Shown: positions 43,506 through 52,841, numbered from the stretch's first letter. The stretch is DNA of 64,000 nucleotides from Microcella sp. (GCF_046293215.1 NZ_JBKBPI010000011.1:1811-65810); one strand, 5' to 3'. A program made the numbers and translations. Notes: generated by a model from the letters alone, not told the origin.

Positions 43506-46010
43506 ATGACCCGCCGGGCGGGCCCGAATGGAGCACCAGTGAGCATCACGGTCGTGAAGCGCGACGGCAGCCGCGAGCCGTACGACGCGAACAAGATCAA
43601 CCTCGCCATCGAGCACGCCGCCGAAGGTCTTGACCCGAACATCACGTGGGTCACCCAGATCGCCAGCGAGCTCGAGTTGACCCTGTTCGACGGCATCACG
43701 ACCCAGCAGCTCGACGAGGCGGTGATCCAGGTCGCACTGCAGAACGTCAAAGATGACCCCGCGTTCGACCAGGTGGCCGCGCGACTGCTGCTCAAGACGA
43801 TCTACAAGCGCGTCCTCGGTGACTACACCGACGCCGACGACCTGAAGCGCCTGCACCGCGAGCACTTCGCCGCGACGATTCGCCGCGGTGTCGACGAGGC
43901 GCTGCTCGACCCGCGCTTCACGACCGGGCTGTTCGACCTCGACGCTCTCGCCGACGCTCTCGAGCCGGCGAACGACGAGCTGCTCAAGTACATCGGCGTC
44001 GTCACGCTCAACAACCGCTACGGCATCAAGGCCCGCAACGGCGAGCCCCTGGAGGTTCCGCAGTACTTCTGGATGCGCGTGGCGATGGGCCTGTCGCTCA
44101 ACGAGGCAAACCCCACCGAGCACGCCATCGCCTTCTACAAGAAGATGTCGTCGCTCGAGTACCTGGCGGCCGGCTCGACGCTGGTGAACGCCGGCACGAG
44201 CTACCCGCAGCTGTCGAACTGCTTCGTCATGGAGATGCACGACGACATCGAGCACATCGCCAAGAGCGTGCGCGACGTCATGTGGCTCACGAAGGGCACC
44301 GGCGGCATCGGCCTGTCGGTCACGAAGCTGCGCGCCCAGGGCTCGCCCATTCGCTCGAACAACACCACGTCGACGGGGCCGATCCCGTTCATGCACACGA
44401 TCGACTCGGTGCTGCGCGCGGTCAGCCGAGGCGGCAAGAAGTTCGGTGCCCTGTGCTTCTACATGGAGAACTGGCACATGGACTTCCCCGAGTTCCTCGA
44501 CCTGCGCCAGAACTCCGGTGACCCCTACCGCCGCACCCGCACGGCCAACACCGCCGTGTGGATCAGCGACGAGTTCATGAAGCGCGTGCAGAACGACGAC
44601 GACTGGTACCTGTTCGACCCGCTCGAGGTCAGTGACCTGAACGAGCTCTACGGAAAAGAGTTCTCGACGCGCTACGCCGAGTACGTGGCGATGGCCGAGC
44701 GTGGCGAGATCAAGATGTTCAAGAAGATCGGCGCGCGCGAGCAGTTCAAGCAGATCCTCATCTCGCTGCAGTCCACCAGCCACCCGTGGCTGACGTGGAA
44801 GGACACGATCAACAACCGTGCCATCAACAACAACACGGGCACGATCCACCTCTCCAACCTCTGCACCGAGATCTGCCTGCCGCAAGACCGCGACAACATC
44901 TCGGTCTGCAACCTGGCCTCGATCAACCTGAGCCGTCACTTCGCCGACGGCAAGGTCGACTTCGCGAAGATCGAAGAGAGCGCCAAGCTTGCCGTGCGCC
45001 AGCTCGACAACCTCATCGACATCACGGTGTCGAGCGTCGACGAGGCCGACCACGCGAACACGACGAACCGTGCGATCGGCCTCGGCGTGATGGGCTTCAC
45101 CGACCTGGTCGAGAAGCTCGGCTACTCGTACGACTCGGAGGAGGCGTTCGACCTGATCGACGAGATCATGGAGCACGTCTCGTACGCCGCCATCGAGGCC
45201 TCGGTCGAGCTCGCCAAGGAGCGCGGCGCCTACGACAACTTCGAGGGCAGCCGCTGGTCGCAGGGTCTCGTGCCCTTCGACACGATCGACCTCACCGAGG
45301 CCGACCGTGGCGTCGAGGTGCAGGTCAACCGCACCACCCGTCTCGACTGGGACGCCCTGCGCGAGAAGGTCAAGGGGGGCGTGCGCAACGCGACGCTCAT
45401 GGCGATCGCGCCGACGGCATCCATTGGTCTGGTTGCGGGCACGACGCCGGGTCTTGACCCGCAGTTCTCGCAGATCTTCAGCCGCTCGACCAGCTCGGGC
45501 AAGTTCCTCGAGGTGAACCGCAACCTCGTCGACGCGCTGAAGGCCCAGGGCCTGTGGGAGCGTACCCGCGAGGCGATTCTGCGCAGCCAGGGCGACATTC
45601 AGGGCATCACCGAGATTCCCGAAGACGTTCGGGCGTCGTACAAGACCAGCTTCCAGCTGTCGCCGTACGCCTTCCTCGAGGTCGCGGCCCGCGCCCAGAA
45701 GTGGATCGACCAGGCCATCAGCCGCAACATGTACCTCGAGACGCGCGACATCGACGACATGGTCGACATCTACTCGGCCGCGTGGAAGAAGGGCGTCAAG
45801 ACGACCTACTACCTGCACATGAAGCCGCGTCACACCGCCGAGCAGTCGACCGTCAAGGTCAACAAGTCGGAGGCGATCGGTGGCGGGCAGAAGAAGGGCT
45901 TCGGCGCCGCGAGCGGGTCGACCGCCGCCCCGAGCGCCGAGCCGGCCGCGGCTCCCGCGCCCGCGCGCAAGGGCTTCGGCTTCGGCGGCGTCGCGAAGGC
46001 GGGCGAGTAA
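43506..46010 (+). CDS. nrdA: ribonucleoside-diphosphate reductase alpha subunit (class I), lacking a C-terminal Cys pair in frame
   Basis: ATP-cone (VVKRDGSREPYDANKI) and catalytic core (NLCTEI, SNCFV, TTYYLH). GTG 43539 with GGAG upstream is an alternative start. TAA stop at 46008. Confidence 0.9.
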   Translation: MTRRAGPNGAPVSITVVKRDGSREPYDANKINLAIEHAAEGLDPNITWVTQIASELELTLFDGITTQQLDEAVIQVALQNVKDDPAFDQVAARLLLKTIYKRVLGDYTDADDLKRLHREHFAATIRRGVDEALLDPRFTTGLFDLDALADALEPANDELLKYIGVVTLNNRYGIKARNGEPLEVPQYFWMRVAMGLSLNEANPTEHAIAFYKKMSSLEYLAAGSTLVNAGTSYPQLSNCFVMEMHDDIEHIAKSVRDVMWLTKGTGGIGLSVTKLRAQGSPIRSNNTTSTGPIPFMHTIDSVLRAVSRGGKKFGALCFYMENWHMDFPEFLDLRQNSGDPYRRTRTANTAVWISDEFMKRVQNDDDWYLFDPLEVSDLNELYGKEFSTRYAEYVAMAERGEIKMFKKIGAREQFKQILISLQSTSHPWLTWKDTINNRAINNNTGTIHLSNLCTEICLPQDRDNISVCNLASINLSRHFADGKVDFAKIEESAKLAVRQLDNLIDITVSSVDEADHANTTNRAIGLGVMGFTDLVEKLGYSYDSEEAFDLIDEIMEHVSYAAIEASVELAKERGAYDNFEGSRWSQGLVPFDTIDLTEADRGVEVQVNRTTRLDWDALREKVKGGVRNATLMAIAPTASIGLVAGTTPGLDPQFSQIFSRSTSSGKFLEVNRNLVDALKAQGLWERTREAILRSQGDIQGITEIPEDVRASYKTSFQLSPYAFLEVAARAQKWIDQAISRNMYLETRDIDDMVDIYSAAWKKGVKTTYYLHMKPRHTAEQSTVKVNKSEAIGGGQKKGFGAASGSTAAPSAEPAAAPAPARKGFGFGGVAKAGE

Positions 46011-46012
46011 CC

Positions 46013-46093
46013 GTGGGCCCGCACGACACCGTCGACGGCTACGCCGTCCCGGTCGACCCGATGGACGACCTGTACTGCGACAGCTGCCAGTAA
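46013..46093 (+). CDS. 26-codon ORF VGPHDTVDGYAVPVDPMDDLYCDSCQ (R1-tail-like CX2C peptide or frameshifted NrdA C-terminus)
   Basis: GTG lies 2 nt after the nrdA TAA. All 26 codons end in G or C. The C-terminal CDSC resembles the R1 redox-shuttle tail. Confidence 0.5.
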   Translation: MGPHDTVDGYAVPVDPMDDLYCDSCQ

Positions 46094-46108
46094 CGACACC
46101 GTGACGAT

Positions 46109-46137
46109 CCCCGGATGCGCGCCCCGCGCATCCGGGG
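46109..46137 (+). other. perfect 13-bp stem / 3-nt loop hairpin between nrdA region and nrdB
   Basis: CCCCGGATGCGCG-CCC-CGCGCATCCGGGG. Confidence 0.6.
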
Positions 46138-46196
46138 ACACCAGACCCCCCGATCATTTCTTTCCCGCACCGCACTCACAGAAGGAAGCGCACACC

Positions 46197-47186
46197 ATGG
46201 GCATTCTCGGCACAGGAATTCAGGAGGGCCTCCTCCTGAAGCCCGTTACGTACAAGTGGGCGATGGACCTGTACGACCAGGCCGTTGCGAACACGTGGTT
46301 CCCCAACGAGGTTCAGCTTGGCGAAGACATCGCCGACTTCAAGAAGATGACCGACGAGGAGCGCCACGCGATCACGTTCCTCATGTCGTACTTCAACCCG
46401 AACGAGCTGCTCGTCAACAAGGCGCTCGCGTTCGGCGTCTACCCCTATGTCAAGGCTCCCGAGGCGCACCTGTACCTCGCGAAGCAGATGTGGGAGGAAG
46501 CCAACCACTGCATGAGCTTCGAGTACGTGCTCGAGACCTTCCCCATCGACCGCGCCGCCGCCTACGACAGCCACGTCGACGTGCCGTCGATGGCGCGCAA
46601 GGAGGAGTTCGAGGTCAAGTTCATCAAGCGCATGACCGAGGACACGCTCGACATCACGACGACCGAGGGCAAGCAGGACTTCATCCGCAACCTGGTCGCA
46701 TACAACGTGATCCTCGAGGGCATCTGGTTCTACTCGGGCTTCATGGTGGCGCTGTCGTTCCGCCAGCGGAACCTCCTGCGCAACTTCGGCTCGCTCGTCG
46801 ACTGGATCGTGCGCGATGAGTCGCTGCACCTGAAGTTCGGCATCAACCTGATCCTCACGGTGCTGGAGGAGAACCCCGACCTGCAGACGCCCGAGTTCGC
46901 CGCCGAGATCCGCCAGATGATCCTCGACGCGGTCGAGATGGAGGAGGCGTACAACCACGACCTCCTGCCGAACGGCATCCTCGGGCTCAACGCCAACTAC
47001 ATCAACCAGTACGTGAAGTACCTGGCCGACCGTCGCCTGGAGGAGCTCGGCTTCGAGCCCGAGTACAACGTGGCGAACCCGGCCAAGTGGATGGCGACGG
47101 CGAACGACACCCTGCAGCTCGTGAACTTCTTCGAGTCGGTCAACACCTCCTACGAGGTGAACTCGGGCTCGAGCTCGCGCAGCTAG
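46197..47186 (+). CDS. nrdB: ribonucleotide reductase beta subunit, class Ic-like (Phe at radical-Tyr position)
   Basis: GAAGGAAG RBS and ATG 46197. Ligand motifs NPNELLV, WEEANHCMSF, ILEGIWFYSGF and RDESLH. Confidence 0.9.
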   Translation: MGILGTGIQEGLLLKPVTYKWAMDLYDQAVANTWFPNEVQLGEDIADFKKMTDEERHAITFLMSYFNPNELLVNKALAFGVYPYVKAPEAHLYLAKQMWEEANHCMSFEYVLETFPIDRAAAYDSHVDVPSMARKEEFEVKFIKRMTEDTLDITTTEGKQDFIRNLVAYNVILEGIWFYSGFMVALSFRQRNLLRNFGSLVDWIVRDESLHLKFGINLILTVLEENPDLQTPEFAAEIRQMILDAVEMEEAYNHDLLPNGILGLNANYINQYVKYLADRRLEELGFEPEYNVANPAKWMATANDTLQLVNFFESVNTSYEVNSGSSSRS

Positions 47187-47223
47187 TTCGGTGTCGTTGC
47201 TGTAGCGCTCGATCGAACCGCCC

Positions 47224-48975
47224 GTGTCTCAGCCGTGCGACCTCCTGTTCACGAACGGGGTCGTGTGGCGCGGCACGGGCGGTTCGTCGTTGCCGGAGCG
47301 CCTCGACGTCGCCGTCTCCGACGGCGTCATCGTCGCGGTGGATGCTGATCTCACGTCGCTGCGCGGCCCCGGCACCGAGGTTGTCGACCTGGCGGGCGGC
47401 CTGCTGCACGCCGGGTTTGTCGACGCGCACATCCACCCCATCCAGGGTGGGCTCGAGCGACTGTCGTGTGACCTGAGCGAGGGGTCATCGGTGTCGGAGT
47501 ACCTCGACATCGTCGTGCGCTTTGCCGCGGCGAACCCGCCTCGCGGCTGCGACGCTTCGCGCGCCTGGATCACCGGCGGCGGGTGGGCGATGAGCGCCTT
47601 CCCGGGTGGCGCGCCCACGGCCGCACTACTCGACGAGGTCGAGCCGATCCGCCCGGTGTTTCTGTACAACCGCGACCACCACGGCGCGTGGGTCAACTCG
47701 GCGGCGCTCGCCCTCGCGGGCATCACGGCCGACACCGCCGACCCGGCCGACGGCCGCATCGAGCGCCTTCCCGATGGCTCGCCGTCGGGAACGCTGCATG
47801 AGGGGGCCGCGAAGCTGGTCGCGGCGGTGGCGCCCGCCCCGACGCCCGACGAGGAGTTCGCGGCGCTGCTGGAGGCGCAGCGTTACGCCGTGAGCCTCGG
47901 CATCACCGGGTGGCACGACGCGATCGTCGGCGACTACTTCGGCGCCTCGGACACCGCGCTTGTCTACCGCCGCGCGCTGGATGAAACCCGCCTACTCATT
48001 GACGTCACCGGTGCGCTGTGGTGGGACCGCGAGCGCGGGGTCGAGCAGGTGCCCGAGTTGGTCACTCGGCGTGAAGCGCTGGTCGATGCGTTGGGCACGG
48101 ACGCCCGCTTCCGCCTGCCCGCGGTGAAGATCATGGCCGACGGTGTGGTCGAGAACGGCACGGCGTCGATGCTGGAGCCGTACGTGGGCGACGTGGCGAG
48201 CCCCGAGCATCCCCGCGGCATCGCCTTCGTCGGCGGGCAGGAGCTGCTCGACGCGATTGTCGCTCTCGACGCGGCGGGCTTCTCGGCCCACGTGCATGTG
48301 ATCGGCGACCGCGCGGTCCGCGACGCCCTCGACGGCTTTGCGGCCGCGCGCGAGCGCAACGGCTGGAGCACCCCCGGCCGCCACCACCTCGCGCACGTGC
48401 AGTTCGTGCATCCCGACGATGTGGCGCGCTTCGCCGCGCTCGGCGTGACGGCGAACATGCAGGCGTTGTGGGCGTGCAACGAGCCGCAGATGCGCGAGCT
48501 GACGGTGCCGATCGTGGGGCCGCAGCGCGCCGCGACCCAGTACCCGTTCGCGTCGATCCTGCGTCAGAAACCGGTGGGCGCGCCGGTGTCCGCCGACCCG
48601 CGCTTGTGCGCCGGCAGCGACTGGCCGGTGTCGACCCCCGACCCGTGGCAGGCAATCCACGTGGCGGTGAATCGCACGCTGCCAGCGAATGACCCCGAGC
48701 ACGACCCGGAGCCGCTGCTGCCGCACGAGGCGCTGACGCTGGCTGACGCCCTGCAGGCGTACACGGCCGGCTCCGCGTGGATCACGGGCCGCGGCCCCGC
48801 CGATCCGGTGGTGGATGCGCGTGGTCGCGTCGCGCGCGGCGCGGGCGTTATCGAGGTGGGCGCCGTCGCGGACCTCGCCGCGACCGACCGCGACCCGTTC
48901 TCGGCAGGCGCGGCGAGCATCCACGAAACCCGCAACGTCGGCACCTGGGTCGCCGGCCGCCGCGTGTTCGGCTGA
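47224..48975 (+). CDS. amidohydrolase-family metal-dependent hydrolase
   Basis: 583 aa. GLLHAGFVDAHIHPIQGG is an N-terminal HxH metal motif. Confidence 0.85.
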   Translation: MSQPCDLLFTNGVVWRGTGGSSLPERLDVAVSDGVIVAVDADLTSLRGPGTEVVDLAGGLLHAGFVDAHIHPIQGGLERLSCDLSEGSSVSEYLDIVVRFAAANPPRGCDASRAWITGGGWAMSAFPGGAPTAALLDEVEPIRPVFLYNRDHHGAWVNSAALALAGITADTADPADGRIERLPDGSPSGTLHEGAAKLVAAVAPAPTPDEEFAALLEAQRYAVSLGITGWHDAIVGDYFGASDTALVYRRALDETRLLIDVTGALWWDRERGVEQVPELVTRREALVDALGTDARFRLPAVKIMADGVVENGTASMLEPYVGDVASPEHPRGIAFVGGQELLDAIVALDAAGFSAHVHVIGDRAVRDALDGFAAARERNGWSTPGRHHLAHVQFVHPDDVARFAALGVTANMQALWACNEPQMRELTVPIVGPQRAATQYPFASILRQKPVGAPVSADPRLCAGSDWPVSTPDPWQAIHVAVNRTLPANDPEHDPEPLLPHEALTLADALQAYTAGSAWITGRGPADPVVDARGRVARGAGVIEVGAVADLAATDRDPFSAGAASIHETRNVGTWVAGRRVFG

Positions 48976-48996
48976 GCGCACGGATAGGGTGGCGGC

Positions 48997-50100
48997 GTGG
49001 ACGGCGCGCTGAACCCCGCACTCGCGCAGCGCCTCGTCGACCAGGTGGCGGCATCGGTCGCGCACAACGTCAACCTCATGGATGCCGACGGCGTGATCAT
49101 CGCCTCGCTCGACCGGTCGCGCCTCGGCCTGACGCACTGGGCGGCGGCTCGCGCCGCCGCGGAGCGCGCCGCGGTCAGGGTGCACGGCGAGAACGCCCGC
49201 GACGGCGTGCGGCCCGGCGTGAACGCCCCGCTGATCGTCGATGGCGCCGTGCTTGGCGTGGTCGGCGTGACCGGCGACCCCGACGAGGTCGAGGAGGTCG
49301 CGACGCTGCTGTTGCTCGCGCTGCGGCTGATCCTCGACGCGGAGTCGGAACAGGATGCGCGCACCGCCCGCGACGCGATCGCGCGCGACGTCATCGCCGG
49401 GCTGGTTGCCGGCGCGCTCGGCCCGGCAGAACTGGCCGCCCGTTCCGCTGCGGCAGGGGGGATGCTCGACGCGCCTTTTCGCATCATCGTCGCGGTGGAC
49501 CCGCGGCAGCTGGGCGCGGAGGCGTCGGGACCGGCCACCCCTCCCGCCGCTGCCGCGCGACTGATCCGTTCCGCGCGTGCGGTCGGCTCGGGCTTCAGCG
49601 TCGTCGACCTCGACGGGCTGTGGATCGTCGTCGGCGGCGCGACCGCGGACCGCATCGAGATGTTCCGCCACCGCGCACGTGAAGAAGGTGCGAGCATCCT
49701 CGATTCGGGCGAGCTGGCAAGCCTCGAGGCGCTCGGTGACGCCGCTCGTCGCCTGCGCGCGCTGCTTGCGGTTCCCGCCCTGATCCCACCGGGCGGCTCC
49801 AGCCTCGATGACCTGGAGTCGGAGGCGATCGTCGCAGGAATGACCTCGGCGGCACGCCGAGAGCTCGTCACACGCGTGCTCGGCGGCCTGTCGGCGAGTG
49901 ACCGACACACACTCACCGCGCTGGCGGCGGCCGGCGGCTCAGTGTCGCGAGCGGCCGTTATGCTCGACCGCCACCGCAACACGGTCGCGGCGCGCGTGGA
50001 CCGCATCCAGTCGCTCGGCGGATGGTCCGTCACCGAACCGGGTGCACTCGCGCGCATCACGCTCGCGCTTCTCGCCGAGCGGGCCGAGGACCATCCGTGA
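48997..50100 (+). CDS. cdaR: CdaR/SdaR-type sugar-diacid regulator
   Basis: N-terminal diacid-recognition-like segment (AQRLVDQVAASVAHNVNLMDADGVIIAS...VNAPLIVDGAVLGVVGVTGDPDEV). C-terminal PucR-type HTH (AAGGSVSRAAVMLDRHRNTV). Confidence 0.8.
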   Translation: MDGALNPALAQRLVDQVAASVAHNVNLMDADGVIIASLDRSRLGLTHWAAARAAAERAAVRVHGENARDGVRPGVNAPLIVDGAVLGVVGVTGDPDEVEEVATLLLLALRLILDAESEQDARTARDAIARDVIAGLVAGALGPAELAARSAAAGGMLDAPFRIIVAVDPRQLGAEASGPATPPAAAARLIRSARAVGSGFSVVDLDGLWIVVGGATADRIEMFRHRAREEGASILDSGELASLEALGDAARRLRALLAVPALIPPGGSSLDDLESEAIVAGMTSAARRELVTRVLGGLSASDRHTLTALAAAGGSVSRAAVMLDRHRNTVAARVDRIQSLGGWSVTEPGALARITLALLAERAEDHP

Positions 50101-50104
50101 CCAC

Positions 50105-50125
50105 AAATGTGCACAGTGCACATTT
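50105..50125. promoter_or_regulatory. perfect 21-bp palindrome, candidate CdaR operator
   Basis: AAATGTGCAC-A-GTGCACATTT lies between cdaR and glxK. It is AT-rich relative to its surroundings. Confidence 0.5.
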
Positions 50126-50199
50126 ATCCGCGAGAAATGCCGCGCTGAACTGCGCACTATGACGATGACACGGCCGGGCGGAGTTTCTACTGTCGAAGC

Positions 50200-51465
50200 G
50201 TGCTCACACCGTCGTCGGCATCGCCCCTTCGCATCCTGGTCGCGCCCGATTCATTCAAGGGCAGCCTGACCGCTGACGAGGCTGCGCGTCACATCGCGGC
50301 GGGCGTTGCCGCGGTACTCGGTTCGTCGGCGGACATCCGCACCCTCCCGGTCGCCGACGGCGGCGAGGGCACCCTCGAGATCCTGGTCGCCGCGACCGAC
50401 GCCCACCTCGTCGACGTTCCCACCACCGACGCGCTCGGTCGCTCGCGCACCGGCCGGGTCGGCATCCTTCCCGGCGGACGCGCAATCGTCGAGGCCGCCG
50501 AGGCGAACGGGCTTCCCCACGTTGATGACCAGCCGCTGCGCGCCCGCGACGCCGACTCCGCCGGTGTCGGCGCGCTTGTGCGTGCGGCGCTCGATGCCGG
50601 TGCCGATGAGTTGGTCATCACCGTCGGCGGCTCCGCGACCACCGACGGCGGCGTCGGTATGCTGCGGGCGCTCGGCGCCCGTTTCCTGGATGCTCGGGGG
50701 CGCGAGCTCGCCGCCGGCGGCGGTCCGCTCGTCGAGCTCGCCACCGTCGACCTGAGCGGACTCGATAGCCGAGCACGCCACGCGCGATGGCGAATCGCCT
50801 GCGACGTTACGAACCCGCTCACGGGACCGGACGGCGCTGCGGCGGTCTTCGGTCCGCAGAAGGGCGCGAACCCGGCCGACGTCGCGGCCCTCGACCGCGG
50901 CCTCGACACCCTGGCGACGATCATCCTGCGAGAGACCGGCATCGACATGCGCTCCGTCGTCGGCGGCGGCGCCGCCGGGGGAATCCCCGCGCTGCTGCAT
51001 GCCGTGGTCGGCGCCGAGCTTGAGCCCGGAATGGATCTCGTCGCAGAGGCGATCGGTCTCGCTGACGCGATTCGCGCATCCGATCTCGTCGTGACGGGGG
51101 AGGGGTCGCTGGACGCGCAGTCGCTGAGGGGGAAGGTGCCCGGCGCTATCGCCCAACTTGCGGGCGACGCCGGGGTGCCGGTCATCGCCATCGCGGGTCG
51201 CGTCACGCTGTCGCCGACGGAGCTCCGATCGGCGGGCATCACCGCCGCCGTGCCGATCGCACCGGGCGCCGCCACCATCGACGAGCTGCTCACCCGCGCG
51301 GGCGAGCTCGTTCGCGACGCCGCCGAACGGGCGGCGTCGCTCATCACCGTCGGGGCCTTCGTCGCCACGCGTTCGTCGCTGAGCGTCGCGGGGCACCCGC
51401 TGTCCGATTCCGCACCCGCGGGATCGCCACCCGAAGAACCATCAAAGGAGAAGGTTCATGATTGA
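50200..51465 (+). CDS. glxK: glycerate kinase
   Basis: RILVAPDSFKGSLTADEAA, ADGGEGT and LVVTGEGSLDAQSLRGKVP motifs. Confidence 0.9.
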   Translation: MLTPSSASPLRILVAPDSFKGSLTADEAARHIAAGVAAVLGSSADIRTLPVADGGEGTLEILVAATDAHLVDVPTTDALGRSRTGRVGILPGGRAIVEAAEANGLPHVDDQPLRARDADSAGVGALVRAALDAGADELVITVGGSATTDGGVGMLRALGARFLDARGRELAAGGGPLVELATVDLSGLDSRARHARWRIACDVTNPLTGPDGAAAVFGPQKGANPADVAALDRGLDTLATIILRETGIDMRSVVGGGAAGGIPALLHAVVGAELEPGMDLVAEAIGLADAIRASDLVVTGEGSLDAQSLRGKVPGAIAQLAGDAGVPVIAIAGRVTLSPTELRSAGITAAVPIAPGAATIDELLTRAGELVRDAAERAASLITVGAFVATRSSLSVAGHPLSDSAPAGSPPEEPSKEKVHD

Positions 51466-52828
51466 CGTCATCATCCTGCTGGTGCTCGTCGCCGCGATTG
51501 TCGTCGCGACGGCACGGTTCCGGCTTCATCCGTTCCTCGCGCTGCTCGGCGCCGCGTTCGTCGGCGCGTTCGCCTTGCGGCTCGCCCCCCTCGATGTTGT
51601 TCCGACCATCACGGAGGCGTTCGGGCGCACGCTCGGCAACATCGGCATCGTGATCGTCTTCGGCACGATCATCGGCGTCATCCTCGAACGTACCGGCGCC
51701 GCGATCGCAATGGCTGAGGCGATCCTCCGCGTGCTCGGCAAGAGGTTCCCTGGCCTCACGATGTCTCTCATCGGGTACATCGTGTCGATCCCCGTGTTCT
51801 GCGATTCGGGCTTCGTGATCCTCAATTCCCTGAAAAAGGCCGTGACCGTGCGCGCCGGCGCGAACCCCATCGTGATGACGATCGCGCTCATGACTGGTCT
51901 GTACGCGACGCACGTTTTCGTGCCGCCGACCCCCGGGCCGATCGCGGCAGCGAGCAACTACGGCGCCCTCGACCAGCTCGGCCTGATCATCGGACTCGGC
52001 CTCATCGTCGCCGCCGTCTCCGCGATCGCCGGACTCGCCTTCGCTCAGCTGTACCGCAACTCCGACATCCCGCTCCTCCCGGAGGAGTCGGAGGACGCCA
52101 TCGCAGCGAACGCGTCGTGGGAGGAGCTGCGGGCCAGCTACGGAAAGCTGCCGAGCGCGTTCGTGTCGTTCCTGCCGATCCTTGTTCCGATCATCCTGAT
52201 CTGCCTTGGCTCGGTCGCCGCCCTGCCGACCGCCCCCTTCGGCGAGGAGTCGCCGCTGACGATCACCTTCCGCCTGCTGGGCGCGCCCGCGGTTGCGCTG
52301 GCCGTCGGTGTCATCGTGGCGGCGCTCGCACTGCGCGGAGCGCGCCGCGAGAAGGATGCGTTCAGCGACCGCGTCGCGGAGGGCATCCGCGTGGCCGCGC
52401 CGATCCTCTTGATCACGGCCGCCGGTGCGAGCTTCGGCGCGGTGCTCGCCGCCTCCGACCTCGTCGACACCCTGGGCGCATCGCTCGCCAGCCTCGGCCT
52501 CGGCATCGCCGTGCCGTTCCTCGTGTCGGCGGCGCTGAAGTCGGCGCAGGGTTCGTCGACCGTGGCGCTCGTGACGACGTCGACGCTGCTGTTCCCGCTG
52601 CTCGGATCGCTCGGCCTCGACAGCCCGATCGGCGCCGTACTCGCGGTGCTTGCGACGGGTGCCGGCGCGATGGTTGTGTCGCACGCGAACGACAGCTTCT
52701 TCTGGGTCGTGTCGCAGCTGAGCCGCATCCCGGTTGCGACGGCCTACCGCACCTTGACGCCGGCGACGGCCGTGCAGGGCCTCGCGGGCTTCGCGGCGGT
52801 GTGGGTGCTGTCGCTGTTTCTCCTCTAG
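51458..52828 (+). CDS. GntP-family (gluconate/glycerate:H+) permease
   Basis: 456 aa, polytopic, GntP-like N-terminus. 8-nt overlap with glxK. Confidence 0.9.
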   Translation: MIDVIILLVLVAAIVVATARFRLHPFLALLGAAFVGAFALRLAPLDVVPTITEAFGRTLGNIGIVIVFGTIIGVILERTGAAIAMAEAILRVLGKRFPGLTMSLIGYIVSIPVFCDSGFVILNSLKKAVTVRAGANPIVMTIALMTGLYATHVFVPPTPGPIAAASNYGALDQLGLIIGLGLIVAAVSAIAGLAFAQLYRNSDIPLLPEESEDAIAANASWEELRASYGKLPSAFVSFLPILVPIILICLGSVAALPTAPFGEESPLTITFRLLGAPAVALAVGVIVAALALRGARREKDAFSDRVAEGIRVAAPILLITAAGASFGAVLAASDLVDTLGASLASLGLGIAVPFLVSAALKSAQGSSTVALVTTSTLLFPLLGSLGLDSPIGAVLAVLATGAGAMVVSHANDSFFWVVSQLSRIPVATAYRTLTPATAVQGLAGFAAVWVLSLFLL

Positions 52829-52841
52829 GGGGTGGGGGATG

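Noticed and set aside
43446-46175. 909-aa ORF antisense to nrdA
   Set aside because: nrdA on the + strand has unambiguous RNR motifs. The antisense product is low-complexity and Arg/Gly/Leu/Val-rich.
47992-50123. 638-aa and 519-aa minus-strand ORFs over the amidohydrolase and cdaR genes
   Set aside because: Same shadow-ORF pattern. The sense genes carry recognisable motifs.
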